IMG/VR virus record: IMGVR_UViG_3300008267_000012
Direction: 5' to 3' (one strand)
DNA length: 64,000 bases
Origin: a virus
Taxonomy: Duplodnaviria > Caudoviricetes
The notes beneath the pieces are model-generated. The model saw only the letters and a program-made list of their open reading frames with translations. It searched no databases and was not told the origin of the DNA. Position numbers and translations under genes: made by a program. Positions 50,701 to 58,708 of this stretch are shown in pieces. Every line of letters begins with the position of its first letter. The stretch's first letter is position 1.

Positions 50701-51154
50701 TATCAAAAGTATCTTGGTCAATATATAACCAAGTATCTATTGTAAACCCATTTTCTGTTCTATATTTTCCAAGTTGAAAATATTTATCATGTAATTTAAA
50801 ATAAGTGCTTAAATAACCTCCTGATAATTCAAATGAATTACCTTCATTACCTGAATTTGTTGTTATTTGTGGGAATGTAGTATTTCCCTCACCATCGTTA
50901 TATCCTAATCTTTGAAAGATTAAATTTCTATCTCTTCTTGTAAAAGTTTTTGTTTGTGTTAAAGATGTTGCAAGACCAAAATCGTACATTGTTTGACCAT
51001 ATCCTGTTAAAGTAAGGTCGGACAAAATATAATTTTCCCAAAATGTTAAACTAGTTACAGAAAATCCTGCATTATTGTCAAACGACTTTATATTTGAAAT
51101 GTCAAAATCAAATATAATGTTATCTTTGGTAAGTCCTGTATTATTGAATATCAT
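44705..51154 (-). CDS. 2149-aa virion/baseplate protein: LamG-like domain interrupted by nine CBM4/9-like domains
   Basis: FTIDTW, IYVNGKL and NWGGG at the N-terminus; GSFYGKIQRLRMY at the C-terminus; nine FYDDNSY...LDSE...W..L..EF.TP...F.FD units. Confidence 0.75.
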   Translation of the reverse strand: MIFNNTGLTKDNIIFDFDISNIKSFDNNAGFSVTSLTFWENYILSDLTLTGYGQTMYDFGLATSLTQTKTFTRRDRNLIFQRLGYNDGEGNTTFPQITTNSGNEGNSFELSGGYLSTYFKLHDKYFQLGKYRTENGFTIDTWLYIDQDTFDNINSFTDGFFLYLGAKSENKFNIAFSGANDDTSKITYDTNSYLPDIEYNAAGLKFNDDKTISLRYLVTSGFVTEYKSDNPILTTGWTNIVTTFRYCKKIKDFEGDNLIDCVSRRDGFFKIYVNGKLFHEVDNTEEFFWLRPLSIDADRQIGIPYTINWGGGTWGLKHSYVDAFSSATVTENIITGRDFIYQSGYSIENLSGYSYTLVTGQTLFNDGDFGTFETAINNVSTDLVNSLLLSSSTQVYSGSGSLLLTYNDYTASTFSSITDNLLRFTQPISINPNKRYIYAANLYDHDSFNCYINEISLGFIENLDSEITVITSHTYLTTEDLPNTWSNIIFEFQTPQVITGLTAYTPAVKIEDLTAGTRFYELYFDSFTFDEYDVQITGGTSQIEYGDTNTLSAATTGATTDVLYNLFSTVLSQDNSVLLMNVNPTTVVSSTTISASTNLINDIYQAGNVITEVYNGLLEISADHPYQCETTLKLSNSSASTLSYTSDTNNLLLINTLPTPMFGTTGITVNPNSRYIYTAKFYDDNSFTGNNKSVFLSFQGGLDPENTVLTAVTYDNTVEKRKWVDLKLEFTTPSAITGITNYLPSIEVGFIFDLVNDYKFYFDEISVIEYSPSILETVISTSGLTFSATGDNLLIFNPVNIIPDRKYVYKGKFYDDNSYNSGETKGVYLTFSGGLDSENIVISSLTYTTTTPSQTWTDLQLDFLSPSVITGNTSYLPVIKFVNPTGISIDYKFIFDDFVFEQYNVSGNTNYFLNGDNGTFENNITGITSDVIDIIIDSSTALTHSGNYSLKLKPLDPITSITYLTGYATSYTYFFNSSYTIDFETSISGVTTDVLDVVITSTTAQTFSGLSSLILSASSSSTKTIYEYVSAGTILYDFEGSISGFTTEISAATLTSSTEQFSNQYFTSSTSLKLFGDASGITVTTGLTVYTGNVITNGNSGTFEFLSNGINTNNTAAYFYEVYPVLSGSVSLRVAPYPQQDSYAPFFSIDKNLFYFVNNITLLPNAYYYYEGYTYDYTATGQTVFVTAYTGTNASGDVINYSAYTQNIAQTWTGSNKSIYLDTIPTLDPEILILSAETYTSTTSANTWTKLRYVFKTPPIMTGNSIYKFSTSIDYENELAEPSSTTLIFTGGTSGETVTSLTINNQGYNFFFDNYYLSYETIDTYTSFTLSSTTDILVNFSSFTITSDTKYSLNTQFYDDNSYLPNEEKGVILEILNGLDSENIIISSLTYTTTTSSQTWVDLSLEFITPSALTGSTTYTPVAKLYNKSGISSNYKFYFDNFTITNYPLSGFTSFTFSSITNSLLTLSSFTPEINKKYAVSAKFFDDNSYNTGETKGVYIGFLPPLDSEHIFVSSLTYTTSTTSGVWNDLKIEFNTPTQITGNTSYTPYVFVDNPSGINQSYKFYFDDIYTEEYNLLPVLSLTGFSYVYNTGYSKTFESSTENVSSETINSILEVSTEQYFSGNSSLKLALPPLVITQYTSNTLTLNDANFGEFEDSGHTVGITSGITIDLVDGTLETLPFSEVGNPSAFILNVRNTDLTGNTFNSPSNTIFTFTDQKPINPSKVYILETRFNDFFSFTSTYKYVDIDFLNLDSEHELLGKTAYTNSDSFNTWYTLRTEIKTPSIITGATSYTLGVNVDFGDCFPSIYGFKFDDFKLYEQDIVTGLTYSSLTDNIFKFEDININPAKKYTVSTKFYDNNSYLSGESKNIYFDFEPTLSGENIILTSITYNDSVLSNAWVDLSVEFTTPEVLSSFTIYTPVIKVGNITAITESYKFFIDNYTFSEYNLIPDSITSSTATTFTSLTNNLLIFENPLEIKPKKRYILSGYFYDDNGFLPNEEKGIYFDFTNPLDSEIEVLTTTTYNTISSANTWTYLSIDFVTPSEINAYTSYTPIIKFENSTAITSYYNFYFDDISFREYDVVDLTGTTSYTISTEILYNRGIKSVIEENFDGSFYGKIQRLRMYDIDLPFPEIKKNYNYFSDRYGFRKLK

Positions 51155-51207
51155 TCTATTTTATATATAAATAGAAAAATATTCAAAAAATGACGTAAGT
51201 ATTTGAT

Positions 51208-53778
51208 TTAATTTTGTAATTCTATAAAAGAATTTCCATTCTCATCTTTATCAACCATAATAAGGTAATCAGGATTGATTATATCGCCATATGCATGTTC
51301 AATAATTAAAATTTTATCAATATCTTGTTTAACTTTATTCATAAGATTTATAAAGTTAATTGCGTTTCTTTCAGAGAGTTTTCCAAATAGTTCATCAAGA
51401 AGAAGAATATTTGGTCTTGACCTATTATTCATAAATCTTAATGCAAGTCTAAGACAAATACAAGCAAATACTCTTTCCATTCCTGAACCTGAAATAACAT
51501 TTTGAATAATTTCAGGAGTGTCTTTCTTTGACATTTGAAAAAAGAGTTCACTATCAAAGAAAACATTAAAGTCAATATCTTCTGTATATCCTTGAAGATA
51601 CATATTTACTTTTGGAATTAATTTCTTTAATAATGTACTTGGAATGCCTTCTCTGTGAATGCAGTTTTGATATTCTTCTCTGATTAATTCTTGTCTTTGC
51701 TGTTCTAAATACTTTGTAATTGTATCTTTATAGTTTTTAATTTCATTTTCAGCAAATTCAATCTTATATTTAAAATCATTTACTTCTTTTTTCAATGATT
51801 CTTTATCATTTTTAAATTCATTGACTTTTGATTTATATGTATCAATTTTTGATTGAATTTTATTATTCTCTTGAATATAAACTATATTAATATCATATCT
51901 TTTTAGAATATCATTTTTTTGAAAGATTTTTAAGTCAATATTTTCAATATGCATTGGAATATTATCATATTCCTGTTTGAATTTATTTCTTTTTTCAATC
52001 TCTTTAATAATTAATTCAATCTTTGTAATCTTTTCTTTTACCTTAGTGATTGCTACACTTTCTTTTTTAATCTCATCCTCAAAACCTTTTATTAATGACC
52101 TTTTACTTTCAGTCATTAATTCTTTATCTTTAATTTCTTCTTTATATTTATCAATATTTTTATTGATTGCTTTTAAATCTAGTTCATATTTCTTTTTATA
52201 TGACTCTTTTTTAATCTCACCTTTGAATTTTTCAATATTAGATTTTAGTTTATCAACTTTTACTTTGATTGATTCAATTGCATCCTCATCTTTTAAACGA
52301 TTACAACTAGGACAAACTTTACTATCTTCTAATGAGGAAATTTCCCTTTCAATTAAATCAATTTGTCTTTCTAAACCAAGTCTATCATTATCAATTTGAG
52401 AATCAACTTTTGTTATTGCAAGATTTTCTTTATGGATATATCCATTTATTACTGCAATATCATTTGTAATGGTATTAATTTCTTTATTTAAGTCTTTTAT
52501 TTGGTCATTCTTAGAAATTAACCAACCATTGAATGAATTTGATTTTTCCTTTAATGAATTATAAAGTTCTTCATCTAAAACAAACTTATTAAGTTCCTCA
52601 ATTTGTTTTAAAAGGTCTTTTTGTGACCTTTTCTTTTCTTCTTTATCATTAATAAGTTTATTAATCTCATCTTTAATTTGATTAATATTTAGATTCGTTA
52701 ATTTGGAATCAATTGGTTTTAATGTCTTAATTGTATTCTCAACATGAAGTTCACCATTTGAAATCCTTTCATTTAGAGTATTAATTTTATCTTCCCTATC
52801 TTCTATTTGAGTTTTATAATCCTCAATATAAACTTTTGCATCATCAATAAGTTGATTATACCTATCAACAGATATATTTAAAAGACTTTCTTTTTTATAT
52901 TCATTTTTCTTATAGGCTTTGAATACTTCAAGTTTCTTTTCAAATATATCAAGACCAGTATCTCTAAGAATTGAATCTAAGAATTTAGCATGGTCGGTTG
53001 TAAGAATATCATTTAAAGTATCAGCATTAATTAAGGATTTTGTGATAAATTCATCAAAATCCCCAATTGAATGTTCAATTAACTTTTGAGTATTAGTTTT
53101 ATCCTGTTCTGAAAGATTATTTTCATCAATTATCTCACCATTTGAGTCTAATTTATTGAAATAGGTCTTTGTTGAGCATGAGGTAATCTCTGTATGTGTT
53201 TTATCCCATTTTCTTTCAGTTCTTCTTCTAATGGCATAATCTTCACCATTGATTTCAACGATTAACTGAACTTCTGAATAATCTTTTTTGTTATTGTTGT
53301 TGATAAATTTATTATCTCTGTTCTTCTCTTTTTTGAGAGTATCAAAGGTAGTACCATAAAGACCATATGTAATAGAGTTTAAAATGTTTGAGTTATGAAC
53401 TGCAATGTTATTGGCATAATATTCACCAATACCTTCAACTTGAATATCTACTAAGTCAATAGTGGTTTGTGGGCATGTTGAAATTCTAAAAATATTTTCA
53501 ATTCCATCTTTAGTTTTGACTTTAATGAAAGACCATTCATTTTTAATTTCATCAAATGATTTAAAAAGACCTAAATCTGTTCTAATAAGATGGTCTTTTG
53601 AAACGGATAATCTTTTTCCTTTTTCCGTTTCTAATGTCCAATATTGGGAATCTTTTGAAGTGACATCATAGGCAAGAATTTTTGAATACCCACATGGGGT
53701 TTCAACCTCAATGTTTAATTCAAGAAGTAAGTCTTTTAATATTCTAAGATTTTCAATCTTTATCTGTTTCTCTGTCAT
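51208..53778 (-). CDS. sbcC: Split-intein C-fragment fused to the Rad50/SbcC (gp46-like) C-extein
   Basis: IntC ends YYANNIAVHN|SNILNSITYGLYG; coiled coil, CPSC hook, ISGSGMER signature, LLLDE Walker B, IIEH; ATG 53778 preferred over TTG 53802. Confidence 0.92.
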   Translation of the reverse strand: MTEKQIKIENLRILKDLLLELNIEVETPCGYSKILAYDVTSKDSQYWTLETEKGKRLSVSKDHLIRTDLGLFKSFDEIKNEWSFIKVKTKDGIENIFRISTCPQTTIDLVDIQVEGIGEYYANNIAVHNSNILNSITYGLYGTTFDTLKKEKNRDNKFINNNNKKDYSEVQLIVEINGEDYAIRRRTERKWDKTHTEITSCSTKTYFNKLDSNGEIIDENNLSEQDKTNTQKLIEHSIGDFDEFITKSLINADTLNDILTTDHAKFLDSILRDTGLDIFEKKLEVFKAYKKNEYKKESLLNISVDRYNQLIDDAKVYIEDYKTQIEDREDKINTLNERISNGELHVENTIKTLKPIDSKLTNLNINQIKDEINKLINDKEEKKRSQKDLLKQIEELNKFVLDEELYNSLKEKSNSFNGWLISKNDQIKDLNKEINTITNDIAVINGYIHKENLAITKVDSQIDNDRLGLERQIDLIEREISSLEDSKVCPSCNRLKDEDAIESIKVKVDKLKSNIEKFKGEIKKESYKKKYELDLKAINKNIDKYKEEIKDKELMTESKRSLIKGFEDEIKKESVAITKVKEKITKIELIIKEIEKRNKFKQEYDNIPMHIENIDLKIFQKNDILKRYDINIVYIQENNKIQSKIDTYKSKVNEFKNDKESLKKEVNDFKYKIEFAENEIKNYKDTITKYLEQQRQELIREEYQNCIHREGIPSTLLKKLIPKVNMYLQGYTEDIDFNVFFDSELFFQMSKKDTPEIIQNVISGSGMERVFACICLRLALRFMNNRSRPNILLLDELFGKLSERNAINFINLMNKVKQDIDKILIIEHAYGDIINPDYLIMVDKDENGNSFIELQN
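53392..53778 (-). mobile_element. Intein C-fragment (~129 aa, blocks B, F and G, no endonuclease)
   Basis: VETPCG; SVSKDHLI (block B); DLVDIQV (block F); AVHN/S (block G). Confidence 0.9.
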
Positions 53779-54328
53779 TTTCAAGTAATGGAAAAATTTC
53801 AATAATATTATTTACCCTATTGTTATGATTCTCATACTTCTTTTCAGGGTCAAATAAAATAATTTTTGTATTATCAAAAGATAATTCTGATAGTTTAGGA
53901 TTTGCAGTTAGTATATAATCAAAATCATCATCAATGTAGTCTACAAATCTATTGTAGAATCTAATTTCATCAAAATAAAATCCTGCTGAAAAGTTTGATA
54001 TATAGAAAGCAGTTAAGTTTCTAAATTTATGTCCTTCTCTTGATATCATTACTATCTTATACCCATTTTCGGATAGTTCAGGATAAATTTGATTTAACTG
54101 TGCAATCAATTCTTTTGATGGTAATGTTGATTTAGCAAACAATTCATAGGAATATTGATACAAGAATTCTTCTAACTCATTACCTTCAAAATTAAATGAA
54201 AGTAATGGATTGAATGGGTCAATTGGATAACCTACTGACCTATCAGCAAACTCAATTTGATAGTATTGTTGAAATTTTTTGATAAAATCCCTTAAAATTC
54301 CGTTTACTTCTATTGCAAAAGTTTTCAT
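53753..54328 (-). CDS. HAD-like 5'(3')-nucleotidase homologue with a non-canonical motif I
   Basis: AIEVNGILRDF in place of DxDGVLxDF. Confidence 0.55.
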   Translation of the reverse strand: MKTFAIEVNGILRDFIKKFQQYYQIEFADRSVGYPIDPFNPLLSFNFEGNELEEFLYQYSYELFAKSTLPSKELIAQLNQIYPELSENGYKIVMISREGHKFRNLTAFYISNFSAGFYFDEIRFYNRFVDYIDDDFDYILTANPKLSELSFDNTKIILFDPEKKYENHNNRVNNIIEIFPLLENDRETDKD

Positions 54329-54332
54329 ATGA

Positions 54333-54340
54333 CAAATATA
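54333..54340 (-). promoter_or_regulatory. TAnnTTTG -7 element driving the HAD + IntC-Rad50 unit
   Basis: TATATTTG 4 nt upstream of ATG 54328. Confidence 0.55.
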
Positions 54341-54380
54341 AAAAAAATTATCGTATTATATTATCAAATTCAATAAAAAA

Positions 54381-55454
54381 ATGGATAAATTAGAAAAATT
54401 AAACCAATTATTTAGTGATATTGAAAATAAAAATTTCAATATTTACTTGTATGTTCCTTCTATTCCTGAGAATGTATACTCAATGGCGGTTGAAGAAATA
54501 TATAACATTTGTTATCTCTTAAAAAGGAATAACTATAATGCTTTTCTTATTACAGGTGAAGATGAAAAAGAGCCTGAATATAAGATTCCTTTATATCTAT
54601 CTGAAGAACTAAGGTCTTTACCGCATCTCTCACCAAAAAAAGACAATATCAGCGTTTCTCCAAGCGATGTAATGATTGTACCTGAGTTTTTTGTAAATGT
54701 AATGCATCAAATTTCAGAAGCAAAGATTCAATGTGAAAAGATTGTTCTTTGTCAATCACAAACATATATGCTTGATTCTCTTCCACCAAATCATACTTGG
54801 GCGGCATGGGGATTCAATACAATTATTACAACTTCTGAACAGTTAAAGGAATTTATTCAAAGAAATTCAAGAGTAAATTATAATATTGAATCATATACTA
54901 TTGGTATTCCTGATTATTTTAAACCTAAAAAAATCAAAAAACCAATTATTATGTATTTTTCAAGAGAGGATAGTGTAATTAAAAGATTATCAAAGATTTT
55001 CTTTATGAAATATCCTGAACTTTCTTGGGTATTGTTTGAAAGAGTTCAAGGTGGTGAACCATTTATCACAAGAGAAAAACTTGCTGAAAAAATGGGTGAA
55101 ATTCCTGTTCTTCTTTGGCTTGATAAGGATGCAGGTTTTGGTACACTTCCACTTGAAGCAATGAAAAGTGGTGCTGTAGTTGTAGGTATGATTCCTGAAC
55201 TTGAAAAGGATTATACTAAAGCTGATGATACAGCAGTTTGGTCAAATTCACTTGAAGTGCTTGCTGAACAACTTGGTGTTATTATTAAAGAATGGATGGT
55301 TGATAATATCCCAACTAATGTTTATGAAAATATGCAAAAAGTTTCAAATCAGTTTACAACTGAAAATCATGAAAAAACACTAATTCAAGCTTTTTCAAAC
55401 ATCGTTGAAAATAGAAAAAATTTAATTAATCAAGCAATAGAAAATGAAAAATAA
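54381..55454 (+). CDS. GT-B (GT4-like) glycosyltransferase
   Basis: DVMIVPE...GFGTLPLEAMKSGAVVVG. Confidence 0.8.
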   Translation: MDKLEKLNQLFSDIENKNFNIYLYVPSIPENVYSMAVEEIYNICYLLKRNNYNAFLITGEDEKEPEYKIPLYLSEELRSLPHLSPKKDNISVSPSDVMIVPEFFVNVMHQISEAKIQCEKIVLCQSQTYMLDSLPPNHTWAAWGFNTIITTSEQLKEFIQRNSRVNYNIESYTIGIPDYFKPKKIKKPIIMYFSREDSVIKRLSKIFFMKYPELSWVLFERVQGGEPFITREKLAEKMGEIPVLLWLDKDAGFGTLPLEAMKSGAVVVGMIPELEKDYTKADDTAVWSNSLEVLAEQLGVIIKEWMVDNIPTNVYENMQKVSNQFTTENHEKTLIQAFSNIVENRKNLINQAIENEK

Positions 55455-56250
55455 TACCTTAGAAAATTTAACAGTAATTATTCCACTTAATAAGTTGGAG
55501 AATGAATTGGATACTCAATTGTTTAATGTAGCGATTGAATCTATCTTTACACAAAAGAGTGATATCGTTCCAAGCGAAGTAATTATTATTACAAACAAAG
55601 AAACTAAAGAACAAATTAAAACAGATAGACCTGTTAGTTTTGTTTTGAATGATGAAACTTCTAATAATTATCAAAGTCAAATTAACAAAGCTGTAAAAGA
55701 AGTTAAAACTTCATTTTTTATGATTTTGGATGGTGATGATGAATTTACACCAATTTATTTTGAAAATGTATCAGACCATATGGAAGAAATGTCAAATGTT
55801 GATATGTTCCTACCAATTGTTGCAGATGTTACATTAGATAAAAAGATTCATCGCTATATTAATGAAATCAATTGGGCAAAAGATGTAACAAATGATAAAC
55901 ATGGTTATCTTACAATGGAAACATTGATGAATTACAATCTTGTTTCAATTAATGGTGCTGTAATTAGAAAAGAAAAATTTGAAGAAGCAGGTGGTTTGAA
56001 AGAATCAATGAAGCTTACTTTTGTTTATGAATTCTTAATGAGATTTACTAACATTGATGGTATTACATATACTATACCTAAGATTGGTTATCTAAGAAAA
56101 ATAAACAGAGAAAATTGTTATTTAGCTGAAATGTCAAAAATGGATGGTGATGAAGTTAATTTTTGGTGGGGTTTGGCTAAAAAAGAATATGTTTGGCCTC
56201 ATGATAGAAATAAAACCTATGTAAAGAAAGAAGAAACACCTGTTATTTAA
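55444..56250 (+). CDS. GT2-family glycosyltransferase
   Basis: LTVIIP...SEVIII...FFMILDGDD. Confidence 0.82.
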   Translation: MKNNTLENLTVIIPLNKLENELDTQLFNVAIESIFTQKSDIVPSEVIIITNKETKEQIKTDRPVSFVLNDETSNNYQSQINKAVKEVKTSFFMILDGDDEFTPIYFENVSDHMEEMSNVDMFLPIVADVTLDKKIHRYINEINWAKDVTNDKHGYLTMETLMNYNLVSINGAVIRKEKFEEAGGLKESMKLTFVYEFLMRFTNIDGITYTIPKIGYLRKINRENCYLAEMSKMDGDEVNFWWGLAKKEYVWPHDRNKTYVKKEETPVI

Positions 56251-56252
56251 TA

Positions 56253-57047
56253 ATGACTGAAAATAAAAAGGGTAGACGTGGTAGAAAAGCTAAACCAGGG
56301 TCTATAAAAGAGTATTTTACTGACGATACAGAAAAGGCTATTATTAAATATAATAGCCCTGACTGTTCGTTAGAAGAAAAAAATGAGATTTATGAGAAAC
56401 AAATTCATAAGGCTCTAAAAAAACTTGCTTATTTTACCGCTAAATCATACTTCCTTTATTTTTCAAAGCGTTATACGATAGAAGATATGGAAAATGACCT
56501 TCTGATTTTTGCCTTCAATAATCTTCATATGTTTAATCCTGAAAAGATTAATAAACATGGTGTAAAATCAAAGGCATTTTCCTATTTCTCTACAATTTGT
56601 AAAAACGAAGCAAAACACATATCTGAAAGAAACTTTAATCAAGATAAATCTAGTGATGATGTTGTAGAAAATCTTGATTTATTTGAAAGAGATTTATCAT
56701 TATCATATTACATTGATGAAAACTTAGATGATTATACCGATACTAACTATATTAAAATAGTTTTTTTGGGTATGTGTAATGAAATTAAAAACAAAATAGA
56801 AACAGATAAATTATTAAAAGAAATTGATGTTAATATTGGTTATTCATTAATCTCAATAATTGAAAACTTTAAGTATATTAATGAACCAACTGAATCAAAA
56901 ATGAGTTTATTTTTTATCAATAATAGAGTTATTGATATGATTTGTGAAATCACAGAAAATAGATATAAAAAACAAGACATTAAAAAATCACTTAAAACAT
57001 TTAAATGTGTCTATACAAAACTCAAAGATGAATATATGAATAATTAA
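56253..57047 (+). CDS. T4 gp55-like phage late sigma factor
   Basis: YFTDDTEKAIIKY...LHMFNPEK...KAFSYFSTICKNE parallels the gp55 LHNFD...NPHAYIT region. Confidence 0.65.
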   Translation: MTENKKGRRGRKAKPGSIKEYFTDDTEKAIIKYNSPDCSLEEKNEIYEKQIHKALKKLAYFTAKSYFLYFSKRYTIEDMENDLLIFAFNNLHMFNPEKINKHGVKSKAFSYFSTICKNEAKHISERNFNQDKSSDDVVENLDLFERDLSLSYYIDENLDDYTDTNYIKIVFLGMCNEIKNKIETDKLLKEIDVNIGYSLISIIENFKYINEPTESKMSLFFINNRVIDMICEITENRYKKQDIKKSLKTFKCVYTKLKDEYMNN

Positions 57048-57071
57048 CTATTTATCTATAAATAATAGATA

Positions 57072-57374
57072 ATGGATGAGTTTAATATTTATGATGGGTT
57101 TATAGACGACAATAGATTCTCAACACTACCATACTTTAAAATAGATGAGAGTGATACTGATATTTATATTGAATGGAATGTTGGTAATCGTTTAGATAGA
57201 TTAGCATATACCTATTATCAGAACGCAGCATTGGGTAAATTCATATTAATGGCAAATCCCCAATACCTATCCGAAGGGGATTTAGATATTGGGGATATTT
57301 TAAGAATACCCATGCCAAAAGAAGATATGTTTGCCATACTAAGAAATAGAATTGAACTCTCAAGGAAGTTCTAA
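57072..57374 (+). CDS. Baseplate wedge gp53-like / LysM-like tail protein
   Basis: RLDRLAYTYY...ILMANP...GDILRIP. Confidence 0.75.
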   Translation: MDEFNIYDGFIDDNRFSTLPYFKIDESDTDIYIEWNVGNRLDRLAYTYYQNAALGKFILMANPQYLSEGDLDIGDILRIPMPKEDMFAILRNRIELSRKF

Positions 57375-57611
57375 TCTAACTCCAAGATATCTGTTCTTGA
57401 TAAATTCTATAAATGCTTTTCCTGTTGAGTCTGCATCCTGTAGTTTAAAGTAATCTTCAGGTTTAACATTATCATATTGATATCTTAGATTACCCTTTAC
57501 GAAAGTTACATATAAGGTATTGTTAGATGTATCATAAGTAGATGATACAATGTTTGATGAATCATACGTTGCTTCAACGATTCCATCTTCTTGTTTAACA
57601 CTAGTTGTCAT
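57360..57611 (-). CDS. KTSC domain protein
   Basis: SSNIVSSTYD...LYVTF...YQYDNV...DSTGKAFIEFIK. Confidence 0.88.
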   Translation of the reverse strand: MTTSVKQEDGIVEATYDSSNIVSSTYDTSNNTLYVTFVKGNLRYQYDNVKPEDYFKLQDADSTGKAFIEFIKNRYLGVRLELP

Positions 57612-58708
57612 AAATTTAGTAATTCTTCGTGTAGTTCTGATATATTATCAAAAGTTTTATTGTTTTCTATATTAAATTTTGTTTTTAATTCTTCAATTAA
57701 GTTTTCACTTGGTCTTTGAACCTCCATTAAAACATCGGTTCTACCCTTTCTTTTAATAGCATCATCAATTTTATCAAGTTCATTAGTTGTTATAATAAAT
57801 ATAATATCATTTGGTGTATATATACCATCTAATACGTTTAAAATACAAGAAAGTGAAATTTTAACATCAGAATCTTTCTTTTCTTCCTTTCTGTTGATAT
57901 CATCTAATAAACAATCAATATCTTCAAATAATACAATTGATTTCTTTGGTCTATCAGAAATCAATGCAATAAGATTTGCATCTGTCATATCTTTAGATAA
58001 GTTAATTGCCATTATATCTCTTTTTGTATAATTAGATATACCTAATGATAATGATGATTTTCCTGTTCCTGGAGGACCATAAAAAAGATATGTTCTTTTA
58101 TATCTAATTCCATACTTATCATATTTTTCTTTTGATGAATTAAACCTATCTAAATCCTTTTTAAGGAACTCTGATACATTATTGTCAAGATAAATATTGT
58201 CAAATGTCTTATTTATAACCTTACCTGCACATCTAATTTCACCATTAAAGTTATAAAAATACTTTATATATTTATTACCATAGTTATTATCAACATAATT
58301 CATTAATTCTTTCAAAATAGACTTATTCCTACAAAAAATCATAAACATATGTTTATTATTCTTATATGGTGTCATACTATTTTGAATATTTTCAGCATTT
58401 TTCAACACTAAGAACCTATTTCCTTTAAATTTAAAATAAATAAATCCTGAATTATAAAACATGTTAACATCAAAGTTATCTGAACTTATAAAGTTATCAT
58501 ATAATGTTCTATAATAAAGATTTTTAATAGACTCTTGTTTTTCAGATAAAACAAAGTTTTGAAATGAATAAAAGAAAAAAGAACTCTCTTCAATCTTCAT
58601 TGAACAAATGAGTCTATCTCTTAATGTTGTTAAAACAAAAAGAAAGAATTGTTTGAAGTAAACTAATGTACCTCCAAGAATGAGTGTTATTAATACTGTT
58701 TTATCCAT
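57608..58708 (-). CDS. BCS1-like AAA ATPase with N-terminal transmembrane segment
   Basis: GIRYKRTYLFYGPPGTGKSS; FEDIDC; SLSCILNVLDG; IFIITTN; RKGRTD. Confidence 0.82.
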   Translation of the reverse strand: MDKTVLITLILGGTLVYFKQFFLFVLTTLRDRLICSMKIEESSFFFYSFQNFVLSEKQESIKNLYYRTLYDNFISSDNFDVNMFYNSGFIYFKFKGNRFLVLKNAENIQNSMTPYKNNKHMFMIFCRNKSILKELMNYVDNNYGNKYIKYFYNFNGEIRCAGKVINKTFDNIYLDNNVSEFLKKDLDRFNSSKEKYDKYGIRYKRTYLFYGPPGTGKSSLSLGISNYTKRDIMAINLSKDMTDANLIALISDRPKKSIVLFEDIDCLLDDINRKEEKKDSDVKISLSCILNVLDGIYTPNDIIFIITTNELDKIDDAIKRKGRTDVLMEVQRPSENLIEELKTKFNIENNKTFDNISELHEELLNL

